From the NCBI GenBank assembly GCA_963823665.1, contig CAWGMQ010000008.1, positions 1,824,001 through 1,888,000 on the forward strand: a DNA stretch of 64,000 nucleotides, written 5' to 3'. A program made the translations under genes and the position numbers. The stretch is from an uncultured Planctomycetota bacterium. Lineage in GTDB: Bacteria > Planctomycetota > Planctomycetia > Isosphaerales > Isosphaeraceae. Of the stretch, positions 42,262-52,441 are shown one piece after another. Position 1 is the stretch's first letter, and every line of letters begins with the position of its first letter. Below the pieces are notes generated by a model, which was not told the DNA's origin, ran no database searches, and was given only the letters and a program-made list of their open reading frames with translations.

Positions 42262-42639
42262 ATGAAACGATCGATGATCGCGGTGTGCTTGCTGCTTCTG
42301 TCACCGGGCACGGTGATCGCGTGTTTCGAGGATCACAACGCGGGTGCGGGCTGGTTCGATGCACAATCAGTGCGTTTTGCGGGCTACGGGAATGATGGCC
42401 GAGCGATGCAGCGGGATCGGCTGATGGAGATGGCGCTGATTGCCGCAGGGTCGGGGGCGTTGATCGTGTTCTGCGTGCTGGGCCGCGCGATGTTTCGTTC
42501 GGCCCGGCGCAGGGAGATTTCACCGTTCGAGGAGAGCGAGCGAGTACCGCTGGGGGTGCCATTTGACGAGCCGCCGTGGGATCCAAGCTGTGAATGGTCG
42601 CCGGGGGACAGACTTGCGCCTAGCTCGCCGGGAGTGTGA
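42262..42639 (+). CDS. Small exported/membrane hypothetical protein
   Basis: GGAGG RBS, signal peptide MKRSMIAVCLLLLSPGTVIAC, one TM segment, promoter upstream. Confidence 0.6.
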   Translation: MKRSMIAVCLLLLSPGTVIACFEDHNAGAGWFDAQSVRFAGYGNDGRAMQRDRLMEMALIAAGSGALIVFCVLGRAMFRSARRREISPFEESERVPLGVPFDEPPWDPSCEWSPGDRLAPSSPGV

Positions 42640-43286
42640 GCCTGGTTGCCTGGCCGCTTTTGAGCTCGATGGCAAGCGGCTTGCTGCCTTGGTTGGCGCT
42701 CGAGGGATTGGGGCGGCCACGGATCACGTAGCGGCCCGCGGGCACGTCGCGGAACATGACCTGATTGGCGGCATCGATATTCGAGGAGCCGCCCCACGAT
42801 CCGACGACGGATCCGCCCTCGGGCAGCATTTCCACGATGTTTGTGCAGGTGCTCCCAGTTCTTCGGTTGCCAAACCATGAAGACCCTGTCCATTCTTGCG
42901 CCTTGCCGTTTGGCTGGCTCGCGGTTCATGTTGAGCCAGAAGCTCGCTCCGACGCCGTCGTGGAGAATCACACGTTTGTTCTTGACTTCGAGCGTGGCGA
43001 AGCCGGCCAGGATTTCGCTTAGCGCCCTGGCGTCACCGCGACACTCAGAATGCCACTGGCCGCCGCCATACGGCGGGCCCTCCCACCAAGCGATCCGGCT
43101 TTCGGTGTTGAAGATTGCGGCGGCGCCTTTGGGCCAACCGGGATCGGCGAGACGTTTGTTGCCTTCGCCTCCGGTGATCGATGCCAGCGCGCTCGGTGAA
43201 GATAACGACGTAATCGCCGCGATGAGCAGTAGTAAAGTGACGGTAGGAGAGAACCTGTGGGCGAGATTCTTCAAGAAATTCGGCAT
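42620..43286 (-). pseudogene. Internally deleted remnant of an exported planctomycete protein (carboxypeptidase-regulatory-like family)
   Basis: Signal peptide and conserved-looking N-terminus (ITGGEGN...DPGWPKGA...RIAWWEGPP..GGQWHSECRGD) joined out of frame near 42840 to a C-terminal piece (EGGSVVGSWGGS...FRDVPAGRYVIRGRPNP). Confidence 0.55.
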
Positions 43287-43422
43287 GGCAGGAATCTCCG
43301 CTGGTCGAAAGGGTTTCGCCGGCCCCATTCTAGCAAACGATCGTCGAGATGCTTTCTTAGGAACGGGTCGGGAACGAGTGCTGCCGATTTATGTCAAGCA
43401 CGCTGCGGAGCGGAACAAACGC

Positions 43423-43450
43423 CGTTCCGACGCGGAGCGTCGGAACGAGG
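43423..43450. repeat. REP-like palindrome CGTTCCGACGC-GGA-GCGTCGGAACG
   Basis: Perfect 11-bp stem with 3-nt loop, intergenic; a loop-less relative ttccgacgtcggaa lies at 50472-50485. Confidence 0.7.
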
Positions 43451-43644
43451 GCGTTCAGTCGTGGTGGAGTAGATACCGAAATCGGGAAGTTAATTCCGGC
43501 GTGTTCCTTATCAGAAGGCACGAGTGACCGGTGTCGATGCGTTCGTTCTTGGTGTATTCTGGTTCGTCTGAAGCGTGTGTGTGCTTTTTTGCCTCGGGAA
43601 GAGACCGATCGCCGGGGCGACTGTCAATTCTCGGAGCTCGGAAC

Positions 43645-44260
43645 ATGACACCCGTCTTTGCACTGTCCACCGTGGCCACAGCTCTTCTGGGTGTGGCGCT
43701 GGTTGTGGTCTTTTTCGTTTTTTACGGGATATCTACGTTCAATACACTGGTCGCGTTACGGAACCGCTACAAGAACGCGTTCAGCCAGATTGATGTGCAG
43801 CTCAAGCGGCGGTACGACTTGATTCCAAACCTTGTGGAAACTGCCAAGGGATACATGAGTCACGAGAGGGAGACGCTGGAGGCGGTCATTCACGCGCGGA
43901 ACCAGGCGGTCACGGCACAGCAAAAGGCTGCGACGAGCCCTGGTGATCCGTCGGCGATGACGGGTCTAGGCGCGGCGGAGGGCCAACTGACCGGCGCACT
44001 AGGCCGCCTGTTCGCGCTGGCGGAAAGTTATCCCGATCTGAAGGCCAACACGACTATGCTGGCGCTTCAAGAGGAGCTGACTTCGACCGAAAACAAAGTC
44101 GCGTTCTCGCGGCAATCGTTCAACGACGCGGTCATGACTTATAACACGCAGGTGGAACGATTCCCGGCATCACTGATTGCGGGGATCGGCGGTTTTGCGC
44201 GCGCAGCTTTTCGAGCTGGAATCGCCCAAGGAACGCGAGGCGCCGCGCGTTTCGTTTTGA
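43645..44260 (+). CDS. lemA: LemA family protein; frameshift near 44200
   Basis: NAFSQIDVQLKRRYDLIPNLVE, AESYPDLKAN, TENKVAFSRQ.FND; the expected C-terminus QLFELESPKEREAPRVSF* is in a shifted frame. Confidence 0.93.
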
Positions 44261-44336
44261 CGGGTGCTCATCGGCGTAGATTGACTGAAATCGTTGAAGG
44301 CACCGATCAGGGAAAGCTCCAGGAGACGGGTCGTCG

Positions 44337-46283
44337 ATGGACTTTTTTCAGAATCAGGAGGTCGCGAGGAAGAAGACCGGCCGGTTGATCGTGTACTTCT
44401 TGCTCGCGGTCATCTTGATCATCGTGACGGTGTATCTGGCGATTGCGGCGGTGCTGCACTGGGCGGAGCCTGCGGCCCGGGAAGGCGGCGTGGTCGATCT
44501 TCCCTCGCTGTGGGATCCCCAACTTTTCGTGGTGGTTGCCGCGGGAACTGCCGCGCTTATCTCCGGGGGAAGCCTGTACAAGATCGCATCGCTCTCGGGT
44601 GGCGGGCACACGGTGGCCGAATTGATGGGCGGGCGACTCTTGCACCCCCAGACGAGCGATCTTGACGAGCGGAAGATTCTGAACGTCGTCGAGGAGATGG
44701 CGATCGCGGCGGGCACGCCGGTCCCGGCGGTGTATTTGCTCGAGAACGAGGAGGGTATCAACGCGTTTGCTGCGGGGCATTCTCCCAATGACGCCGTGAT
44801 CGGAGTGACGCGGGGCTGCGTGCGGACTCTTTCGCGCGACGAGCTGCAAGGCGTGATCGGGCATGAGTTCAGCCACATTCTGAACGGGGATATGAAGCTC
44901 AACCTTCGACTCATGGGGGTGCTCTTCGGCATCTTGTTGATCGGGCTTTCGGGGTACATCCTCTTGCGAAGCACGTCGGGTTACAGGGTGCGGGCGAGCG
45001 ACCGTGAGGGCGATCGGGGCGGGCGCAATATCCTGCCTTTGATCGGGCTGGCGCTGTACGTGATCGGGTACGTCGGTGTGTTCTTTGCAAACCTGATCAA
45101 AGCCGCGGTCTCGCGACAGCGGGAGTTTTTGGCCGACGCCTCCGCGGTGCAGTTCACGCGCAATCCCGACGGTATCGCCGGGGCGCTCAAGAAGATCGGG
45201 GCGATTGAACAGGGCTCGGCGATCCGCGAGCCGCGGGCCGCGGAGGCCAGCCACATGTTCTTCGGCAATGCCGGGACGGCGGGTCAACTTTTTGGACTGC
45301 TGGAAACGCACCCGCCACTGGTCGAGCGAATACGGCGGCTGGACCCATCGTTCGACGGGGATTTCTCGAAGGTTCGGCTCGATTCACCGGGGGACGAGCC
45401 GCAACGAAGCTTGAAGCCGGATCGCCAAGCTCGGCCGAGGTCGTTTTCATTCAACCCGGCGGAAGCGGTGGCGCGGGTGGGGACGATTGGCGCTCCTCAA
45501 TTGCTTCATGCTGCGGGGTTGCTCGAGGACTTGGCGCCGGCAATTTCGACGCAGATTCAGGACCCGCTTGGAGCGCAGGCCACGGTTTTCGCGATGCTGC
45601 TGGACCCGAGTGAGGCAGTTCTGCAGCAGCAGCTTGCGTGGCTCAACCAGTTTGCTCATCCGGCCGTGGTGCGGCAGATGCGTGTCGTGTTGCCCGAAGT
45701 GAGGAAGCTTTCGCCCGAGGAGCGGCTGCCACTTGTGGAGCGGGCCATTCCGGCGCTGCGGCAAATGACGCCGGCTCAGATGCGTGAATTCTTGAGCGGA
45801 GTGAAGGCACTTGTCGAAGCCGACAACAATCTGGCGATTTTCGAGTATGCGCTGCAGCGGCTGCTGTTGCGCCATCTGGTCGCGTATTTTGTGAAGCGCC
45901 CGTCGAATTCGCCGAAGTACGCGACGGCCGAGCCGCTGGTCGAGTCTGTCAAAGTTGTTCTCTGCACTCTGGCTCGCGGCGGTCAATCGTCGTCTGAGGC
46001 GGTTGCGGCGGCACTTTCCTCCGGTGTGAAGGCGCTCGGCTGGCCGGGGGCGCGATTCGAGGTATCGGCTGAGTACGCGACGGACCTGATTCGACTTGAC
46101 GCTGCGCTTCGCACGCTTGACCAGGCAAGCAAGCCGCTCAAGAAACAAATCTTGCTGGCGTGTGCGGCGACGGTCGGCGCCGACGGCCGAGTGACAGTCG
46201 AAGAGGGCGAGCTGCTGCGAGCGATCTCTGATTCGCTCGATTGCCCTATGCCGCCGCTTCTGGACGCAGAGGAGCGAAGTTGA
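44337..46283 (+). CDS. M48 family (HtpX-like) zinc metallopeptidase with C-terminal extension
   Basis: MDFF..Q..ARKKT, NVVEEMAIAAG, INAFAAG, HEFSH, SRQREFLADA, THPPL; follows lemA. Confidence 0.93.
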   Translation: MDFFQNQEVARKKTGRLIVYFLLAVILIIVTVYLAIAAVLHWAEPAAREGGVVDLPSLWDPQLFVVVAAGTAALISGGSLYKIASLSGGGHTVAELMGGRLLHPQTSDLDERKILNVVEEMAIAAGTPVPAVYLLENEEGINAFAAGHSPNDAVIGVTRGCVRTLSRDELQGVIGHEFSHILNGDMKLNLRLMGVLFGILLIGLSGYILLRSTSGYRVRASDREGDRGGRNILPLIGLALYVIGYVGVFFANLIKAAVSRQREFLADASAVQFTRNPDGIAGALKKIGAIEQGSAIREPRAAEASHMFFGNAGTAGQLFGLLETHPPLVERIRRLDPSFDGDFSKVRLDSPGDEPQRSLKPDRQARPRSFSFNPAEAVARVGTIGAPQLLHAAGLLEDLAPAISTQIQDPLGAQATVFAMLLDPSEAVLQQQLAWLNQFAHPAVVRQMRVVLPEVRKLSPEERLPLVERAIPALRQMTPAQMREFLSGVKALVEADNNLAIFEYALQRLLLRHLVAYFVKRPSNSPKYATAEPLVESVKVVLCTLARGGQSSSEAVAAALSSGVKALGWPGARFEVSAEYATDLIRLDAALRTLDQASKPLKKQILLACAATVGADGRVTVEEGELLRAISDSLDCPMPPLLDAEERS

Positions 46284-46328
46284 ACAGGACGTAGAGGCGA
46301 GAACTCGGTTTCCGACTGGAGGTTCAAG

Positions 46329-46541
46329 GTGCGACTCAGGAAACTCATCGAGGCCCTCACGGAGCTATCGGTTCAGCGTGGGCCTGATGTCGATATCAAG
46401 ACCATGCCAGTTTTCATGTTTGATCCGTCCAAGGGAAGGAAACCTGGCGTCTGCTCGTTCTACGTGGGTGAGCAGACGGGTTTATCCAGCCAGTCGAAGC
46501 GCGTCAGAACGACTCGAAGTGTCATCATGGAGGTGTCGTGA
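46329..46541 (+). CDS. Hypothetical protein, 70 aa
   Basis: GGAGG upstream; stop overlaps the fwdB start (GTGA); no family recognised. Confidence 0.35.
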   Translation: MRLRKLIEALTELSVQRGPDVDIKTMPVFMFDPSKGRKPGVCSFYVGEQTGLSSQSKRVRTTRSVIMEVS

Positions 46542-47812
46542 ATTTGCACGAGCATATCGCCTGTACGGTTTGCGGCTGCGTCTGCGACGATCTGCGGATC
46601 ACGGTCGACCGCGGACGGATCAGCAAGGCCGAGGGCGCTTGCCGGCTGGCAGAACCGTGGTTTCTTGGTCAGGAGAGCCGCCAACCTCCGGTTGCTGTGA
46701 TCGAAGACGAGTCAGCCCCGCTCGAAGTCGCTGCGGTTCGGGCCGCAGCTCTCCTTCGAGCGGCTTCCTCACCCCTGATCTACGGCATGTCGCGCAGCAG
46801 CACCGAGGGACAGCGTGCCGCCATCGCCCTGGGTGAGCGGATCGGAGCCACCATCGATACAACCGCCTCCTTGTGCCACGCCCCATCTGTCATCGCGGTG
46901 CAAGAGGTCGGTGAAGTGACCTGCACCTTGGGTGAGGTCAGGAATCGAGCTGATCTGGTGATTTTCTGGGGATCGAACCCGGTTGCCAGCCACCCCCGCC
47001 ACTTCGAGCGCTACTCACTTTTACCCCAAGGCCGAAATATCCCTGGCGGACGGGCTGACCGTACACTCGTCGTGGTCGACGTGAAACCGACCGCCACCAC
47101 GGAAGTGGCGGATTTTTTCTTGTCGATCGAACCAGGCAAGGATTTTGAAGCGCTCACGACGCTACGTACCCTTGTCCGGGGTGAGTCCGTGGACGCAAGC
47201 TGCTCGACCGGCGCGCCTTTGCGCGTGCTGGAAGACCTGGCCGAACGGATGAAGACGTGCCGGTACGGGATCGTCTTCTTCGGCCTGGGCCTGAGCATGA
47301 CGGGCTTGGGGCAGCACAACGTCGAGGCGCTTCTCTTGTTAGTGCGTGACCTGAATCGCTACACCCGCTTCAGTGCCCGAAAGATGCGTGTTCCTGGTGA
47401 CGTGACCGGGGCCGACATGGTTCTGACATGGCAGACCGGCTACCCGTTCAGTGTGAACTTTTCAAGGGGCTTTCCCCGATACAACCCCGGCGAATTCTCC
47501 GCCCAGGCGATGCTGGAGCGGGGTGAAGTTGATGTTTGCTTGCTCGTGGGCAGCGAGGGACTCACTCGGTTTTCCGAGAAGGCAATCGCTTGCTTGTGCC
47601 GGATACCCACGATCGTCCTGGATTACCCCACAGTCGAGTCGTTGATCGTACCCACCATCGGCTTCACAACGGCGGTCTACGGCATCCACCGGCCTGGCAC
47701 GGCCTACCGAATGGACGGAGTCCCGATCCCGCTCCGGGCGTTCCTTCCCAGCGACTATCCGAGTGACTGCGAGGTACTGACGATGATCAACGACCAGTTC
47801 AAGGAGGACTAA
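46538..47812 (+). CDS. fwdB: Formylmethanofuran dehydrogenase subunit B
   Basis: CTVCGCVCDDL...C Fe-S motif, CHAPS, TCTLGEVRNRADLVIFWGSNP..SHPRH..RY, WQTGYPF, GTAYRMDGVPI. Confidence 0.92.
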   Translation: MNLHEHIACTVCGCVCDDLRITVDRGRISKAEGACRLAEPWFLGQESRQPPVAVIEDESAPLEVAAVRAAALLRAASSPLIYGMSRSSTEGQRAAIALGERIGATIDTTASLCHAPSVIAVQEVGEVTCTLGEVRNRADLVIFWGSNPVASHPRHFERYSLLPQGRNIPGGRADRTLVVVDVKPTATTEVADFFLSIEPGKDFEALTTLRTLVRGESVDASCSTGAPLRVLEDLAERMKTCRYGIVFFGLGLSMTGLGQHNVEALLLLVRDLNRYTRFSARKMRVPGDVTGADMVLTWQTGYPFSVNFSRGFPRYNPGEFSAQAMLERGEVDVCLLVGSEGLTRFSEKAIACLCRIPTIVLDYPTVESLIVPTIGFTTAVYGIHRPGTAYRMDGVPIPLRAFLPSDYPSDCEVLTMINDQFKED

Positions 47813-47924
47813 CTTGCTGCGGTCGATTCGAAGGCCCTGCCGCAGTCGATCGGCGCCGTCTGAGCTGAATGGCACGTCCTGAGATCTCAAGGCCAGAGAG
47901 GAGACCCGGCCAAAGACCGGCGAT

Positions 47925-49475
47925 TCAGGGCGACTCGAGCACGACGCGGATCGTCGCGGACCGGGGGGCGTCGCAGGTCAGGAGCCGGCGCGAGGGGTCC
48001 CAAAGGCAGGTTGCGTCTCCGGGCTCGGCCCTCGGCCGTGAGCCAGGCGGGAACAGCCCGGCCGGCACGATGATCTCCGTGGGCCCCAGTCCGGGGCGGT
48101 GTGCCCAGACGAACTCGAGGCGCGGACCTCCCCGTGGCGGCGCCGTTGCCTCGAATCGGAAGCACACGGGCACGCCGGCTACCCGATGCGGATAGGGGCG
48201 TGGCCGGTAGTTCGGCCGCGGCCGACCGGCGGCGTCGAGCAGGCTGAAGTCTTCGCGGTTCCACCCCTCGCCGGCCTGGAGCGCCAGGCGGGCCGAGATG
48301 GTCCACTGCATCCCCGAGGCGAGCGCCGCGTCGAGTCGGTCGTAGTGATAGTCGACGTAGACGCCGGCCCGCCGCGCGCCGCCCGGGATGCCGAACTCGC
48401 CGAGCAGTAGCGGCACGCCCCATTCCGACGCCTTCGTCTCCATCCGAGCGAAGGCCCGGTCGATCACGGCTGTCCGACCACCCCCGTCCTCTCGCACGAT
48501 CGCCAGGGGCCTGTAATAGTGCGGTGCGAACGCGATGTTGTCCAAGTCCGGGGGCGGCAGCCGGGTCCGGAAGCCCGTGGCGGTCGGCCCGCGCCCCTCG
48601 AGGAACAGGATGGCCGTCGGGTGTCGGGCGCGCAGCGCAGAGGCGGCGGCGCAATACAGCGGGGCAATCTCCCGCCGCTCGTCTCCCCAGGGCTCGTTCA
48701 GCGGGTCGTAGCCGACGACCCCCGGGACCGCGACGAAGGCCCCCGCGACTCGCCCGAGCATGGTGAGGTAGCGCGTGCGGACGCCGTACGCATCGGCGTA
48801 GAAGTCTGCGAACGAGCGGTACACGCCCGGGTCCAAAAGCTCGAGGAGTGGCCAGCGCTTGCAGCCGCAGCCGTTGTCGGGCGGGTGCGGCGTGGCGCGG
48901 GGCGAAACGGCCCACAAGGGGAAGCCGGCGCCGCAGCCGTAGCAAAGGGTGCGGGCGAAGCCGTCTTGGTGAATGTCGATGATCACGTAGAGCCCGCGCG
49001 CCCAGGCCATTTCGGCGACGGCGACCAGCCGCGCGAGATACGCCTCGTCATAGCGGCCCGGCTCCGGTTCGTACGCCTCCCAGATGAAAGGGAGGCGGAT
49101 CGCATTGAAGCCCAGCTCGGTTAACCGGTCGATGAGGACCGGGTCGTCCGGCGTGGGGAAAGGGGGGAGTTTGCCATCGCCGCCGAGGTTGACCCCGCGG
49201 AGCAGGACGACGCGGCCATCCGGGCCGACGAAGTGCCGGCCCACGACCCGGAGCACGGCCGAGTCTGCGGCGTGGCGCGCCGGGCCCGGGGATGCGGACT
49301 GGGCCGCGGCGACGGATTCGCTAGGGGAGATGCTCGCCATCGGGCAGGCCGCACAGGCGAACAAGAACAGGGCCGAAACCGAGCCCCGCGCCCCGCGGTG
49401 TCGGCCAGCCTCAAGCCGCATGGGCATCGGCAAGGGGAGATCCATGTGAGAGGCAGCGCTCCCCCACTCCGGCAC
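47925..49475 (-). CDS. Glycoside hydrolase family 5 (endoglycoceramidase-like); start uncertain
   Basis: GRVVLLRGVN, GFNAIRL..IWEAYEPEPG.YD, DIHQD, acid/base NEP, PHYY, nucleophile LGEFG, RPYP.RVAG. Confidence 0.88.
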   Translation of the reverse strand: MPEWGSAASHMDLPLPMPMRLEAGRHRGARGSVSALFLFACAACPMASISPSESVAAAQSASPGPARHAADSAVLRVVGRHFVGPDGRVVLLRGVNLGGDGKLPPFPTPDDPVLIDRLTELGFNAIRLPFIWEAYEPEPGRYDEAYLARLVAVAEMAWARGLYVIIDIHQDGFARTLCYGCGAGFPLWAVSPRATPHPPDNGCGCKRWPLLELLDPGVYRSFADFYADAYGVRTRYLTMLGRVAGAFVAVPGVVGYDPLNEPWGDERREIAPLYCAAASALRARHPTAILFLEGRGPTATGFRTRLPPPDLDNIAFAPHYYRPLAIVREDGGGRTAVIDRAFARMETKASEWGVPLLLGEFGIPGGARRAGVYVDYHYDRLDAALASGMQWTISARLALQAGEGWNREDFSLLDAAGRPRPNYRPRPYPHRVAGVPVCFRFEATAPPRGGPRLEFVWAHRPGLGPTEIIVPAGLFPPGSRPRAEPGDATCLWDPSRRLLTCDAPRSATIRVVLESP

Positions 49476-49724
49476 TCCGCCCCTCGGCCATTCAATTCAT
49501 CCCGCCTGCGGGACCCGCCCCCGGGGCTATGGGCGCGTGACTACATCTAACTCGGAATTCGATCGAGTGGAAGACCAATTCCCGGGGGCGGGAAGGCCGA
49601 ACGGCTTGGCTCTCAGCGGTTAATTCATGCGTATTCCGGGAATTTTTGCACGCGGCCGGCGAATCTCCCTGCGCAGCGACTAAACGGGTGAAACCAGAGC
49701 CTCGTTGTTAACCAGGGTGAAGCC

Positions 49725-50110
49725 GTGAATTGGTTCCTGCACAATTCGATCGCCGATCTATACGGCCCCTATTTCCTCGTTTTTTACGCCGGTACAATCG
49801 TGACGCTGGTCGTGACGTGCTTTCGCTCGGTTCGCGGGGTTGACCGAACGATTGAGCTCGATCTATCGAAGATCACCAGCAAGGTCGAGCCATACGAGAT
49901 CGCGTAGGGAGCGTGGCTGTGGTGTTTCGGCACCGTCGTGATTGTTGGTCTCGGAGGTTAAAAGTTGATGGTCGCAATCGCCAAAGGTCACCGCAACGTC
50001 GCATTCCTGGTGATTTTCGCGGGAATCGGACTGATCGCGCAGGCCATCGTGTGCTTCGCCCAACCCCGCGCCAGCCGTCTGGGCAAGGCCCATCTGGCGC
50101 GGGCGGCGTG
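49725..50110 (+). pseudogene. TIGR04222-type membrane protein remnant
   Basis: LYGPYFLVFY...EPYEIA* then GLGG*KLMVAIAKGHRNVAFL...RASRLGKAHL: two in-frame stops where Tyr is expected and the middle of the gene is missing. Confidence 0.65.
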
Positions 50111-50460
50111 TCCATCGGACATCTCGCCCCACCCCCTGGACTCGCGAAGCCGTCGATGTCGTCGCGCGGAATGTGGAGCGCGTGAAGTCTCGAATTCACT
50201 GTCCGCTCATCCTCGAGAACATCACGTCGCCAATGATCGTGCCCGGCAGCGAAATGGATGAGGTCGAATTCCTGACTGCCGTGCTCGATCGCACAGGATG
50301 CGGCCTTCTTTGCGACGAGCCCGCACGATCGGGAGGCAACACGCGCGATGGGACTAGCCGAGGTCCAGAAGGTGATGGCCAACTGCACCCCGCCCGACTC
50401 TAGCGATCTGGTGGAGACCACCGTGGCGGAAGAGCGTCCGACACATCGTGATTTCTGCGC
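50111..50460 (+). pseudogene. DUF692 (multinuclear non-heme iron oxidase) fragment plus remnant of its downstream partner gene
   Basis: SIGHLAP..TREAVDVVARNVERVK...PLILENIT...EMDEVEFL..VLDRTGCGLLCD, then TIGRQHARWD* overlapping MGLAEVQKVMA, followed by PTLAIWWRP. Confidence 0.65.
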
Positions 50461-50647
50461 CGGTGTGGCGGTTCCGACGTCGGAATGCATGCTCGAGGCC
50501 CTCCGCGTAGCCGAAAGTGGACGAGTATCTGCTTTAGAGGCGGCAGGCGGCGCGAGTCGCTATAATCGAGCTTGTTGTGCGAATGGTTCGGATTCAGTGC
50601 CGGTCTCACGGAGCTCTTCGTTCACTCACTTCAACAGGGGATTGCCG

Positions 50648-52431
50648 ATGAGGCTTCGCGCGGCGTGGCTTGGCGCGGTCGTCATAATTGGCCCGCTCAT
50701 GGGTTCGGTTGTCGCCAAGACGATTGCGATCGGTGAGGTCGTTCCGAACCTCGAATTCAAAGACATCCGCTACTTGCGACGGACACTGTCTGACCTAGGT
50801 GCGCACAAAGGTCTTGCACTGGTCTTTCTGAGTACCGATTGCCCCGTTTCCAAACGCTTTCTCCCCAAGTTGCGAGAGCTTTCTGAGTTCTACAGCCAGA
50901 AAGACATTCAGTTCGTGGGCGTTTTTTGTTCGACCCAAGATACCGTCATGGAGATCGCCTCTTTTGCGCTTGAAAATGACTTACGATTCGCGGTGGTGAA
51001 GGATGAGGAGAACGAGGCTTGCGGCGCCCTGGGCATTGATCGCGTGCCGCAAGTCGCCGTCCTCGATCGTGAGAACCGGCTGGCGTATCGCGGTCGGATC
51101 AACGATCAATACCGGGTCAGCGGCACGCAGCCAAGCGCCAGCCGCGAAGACCTCGCTACAGCGCTCGACGAGCTGTTAGCCGGTAAGCCGATCTCTGTAA
51201 AGGAGACCCCCGTCGACGGCTGCAAGGTAACGCCACCTTCTGCCCGTAAGTTTGAGCCACCGCCAACCTTTCACGGCGACGTCGCGGCGATCCTCGAGCG
51301 GCGGTGCCAGCGCTGCCATCATGCGGGAACGCCGGCGCCATTCGCTCTCTGACCAACTACGACGAAGTCAAAAGCCACAGCGAGATGGTGGCCGAAGTTG
51401 TGCGCGATCAGCGAATGCCCCCTTGGTACGCGGACCCGAAGTACGGGCATTTCATCAATGCGCCCGGGATGACGGCGGACGAACGCGACAAGGTCGTGGC
51501 CTGGGTGAACGCGGACTGCCCCGCGGGCGATGAGGCGCGCGCGCCAGCGCCACGGGTCTTCGCCAAGACCGAATGGCGCATCGGTGAACCCGATTTGAAG
51601 GTCACCATGAACGCGCCCGAGAAGATCCCGGCGCAGGGGTTCATTCCCTACAAGTACGTGGTCTTGCCGCACGTTTTCAAAGAGGACACGTATGTCAGCG
51701 CGATTGAAATCTTGCCGCACAACCGCAAAGTTGTGCACCATTGCAACATGGCCTATGTCAGCGTCGCGAAGATGAAGGGGGGCGACGACACTTTCATCAC
51801 CGGCTATGTACCGGGCGGACAACCGATGGACTTGCGGCCGCAGCAACCATCCGACCCTGAGGTCGCATACAAGATCCCCGGCGGTTCGACGCTGGTGCTG
51901 CAAATCCACTACACGACGACGGGCAAGGAGGAACAGTCGCTCATCTCGGTCGGCTTCCGCTACCCGCAAAAGGGCGTCGACAAGATTTCGCATCACTTTG
52001 TTCTGGATCCGCACGATATCGCGATCCCGCCCGGGGACCCGATGTGGCGGATGTCAGCGGCGAAGACGATTCCCCAGAGCGCGACGCTGCTCGGCATGTT
52101 CACGCACATGCACGTCCGCGGACGCGACATGACATTCATCGCGGAATACCCCGACGGCAAGCGCGACACGCTGCTGGAGATCCCCAACTTCAATTTCAAC
52201 TGGCAGCTTGCCTATCTATGCCGCAACCGCCTACCTGCCGGCACCAAGATCGAAGCCGTAGCCCATTTCGACAACTCGAGATTCAACCCGTATAACCCCG
52301 ACCCCACCCGCACCGTCCCGTACGGTCCTCAAACATACGATGAAATGTTCAACGGGTTTGTCTTCTGGACAAACGACGACGAAGATCTCAAGCTGAACAT
52401 CGATGCCAAAACGGGTCGCGTTGTAAAGTGA
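50648..52431 (+). CDS. Exported redoxin + c-type heme + copper type II monooxygenase-like protein; frameshift near 51345
   Basis: Signal peptide; DCPVS and YRGRINDQY redoxin; CQRCH; MPPW; VHH, QIHY, HMH, DEM; an extra CT in gctctctga splits ORFs 50348..51352 and 51304..52431. Confidence 0.85.
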
Positions 52432-52441
52432 GGGCCGGACG

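Noticed and set aside
46329..46541. fwdD upstream of fwdB
   Set aside because: The position fits, but the FwdD motifs (for example GTGMP..KG) are not recognisable.
50348..50647. 100-aa N-terminal extension of the first redoxin ORF
   Set aside because: It is read-through of pseudogene debris; a signal peptide begins at the ATG at 50648.
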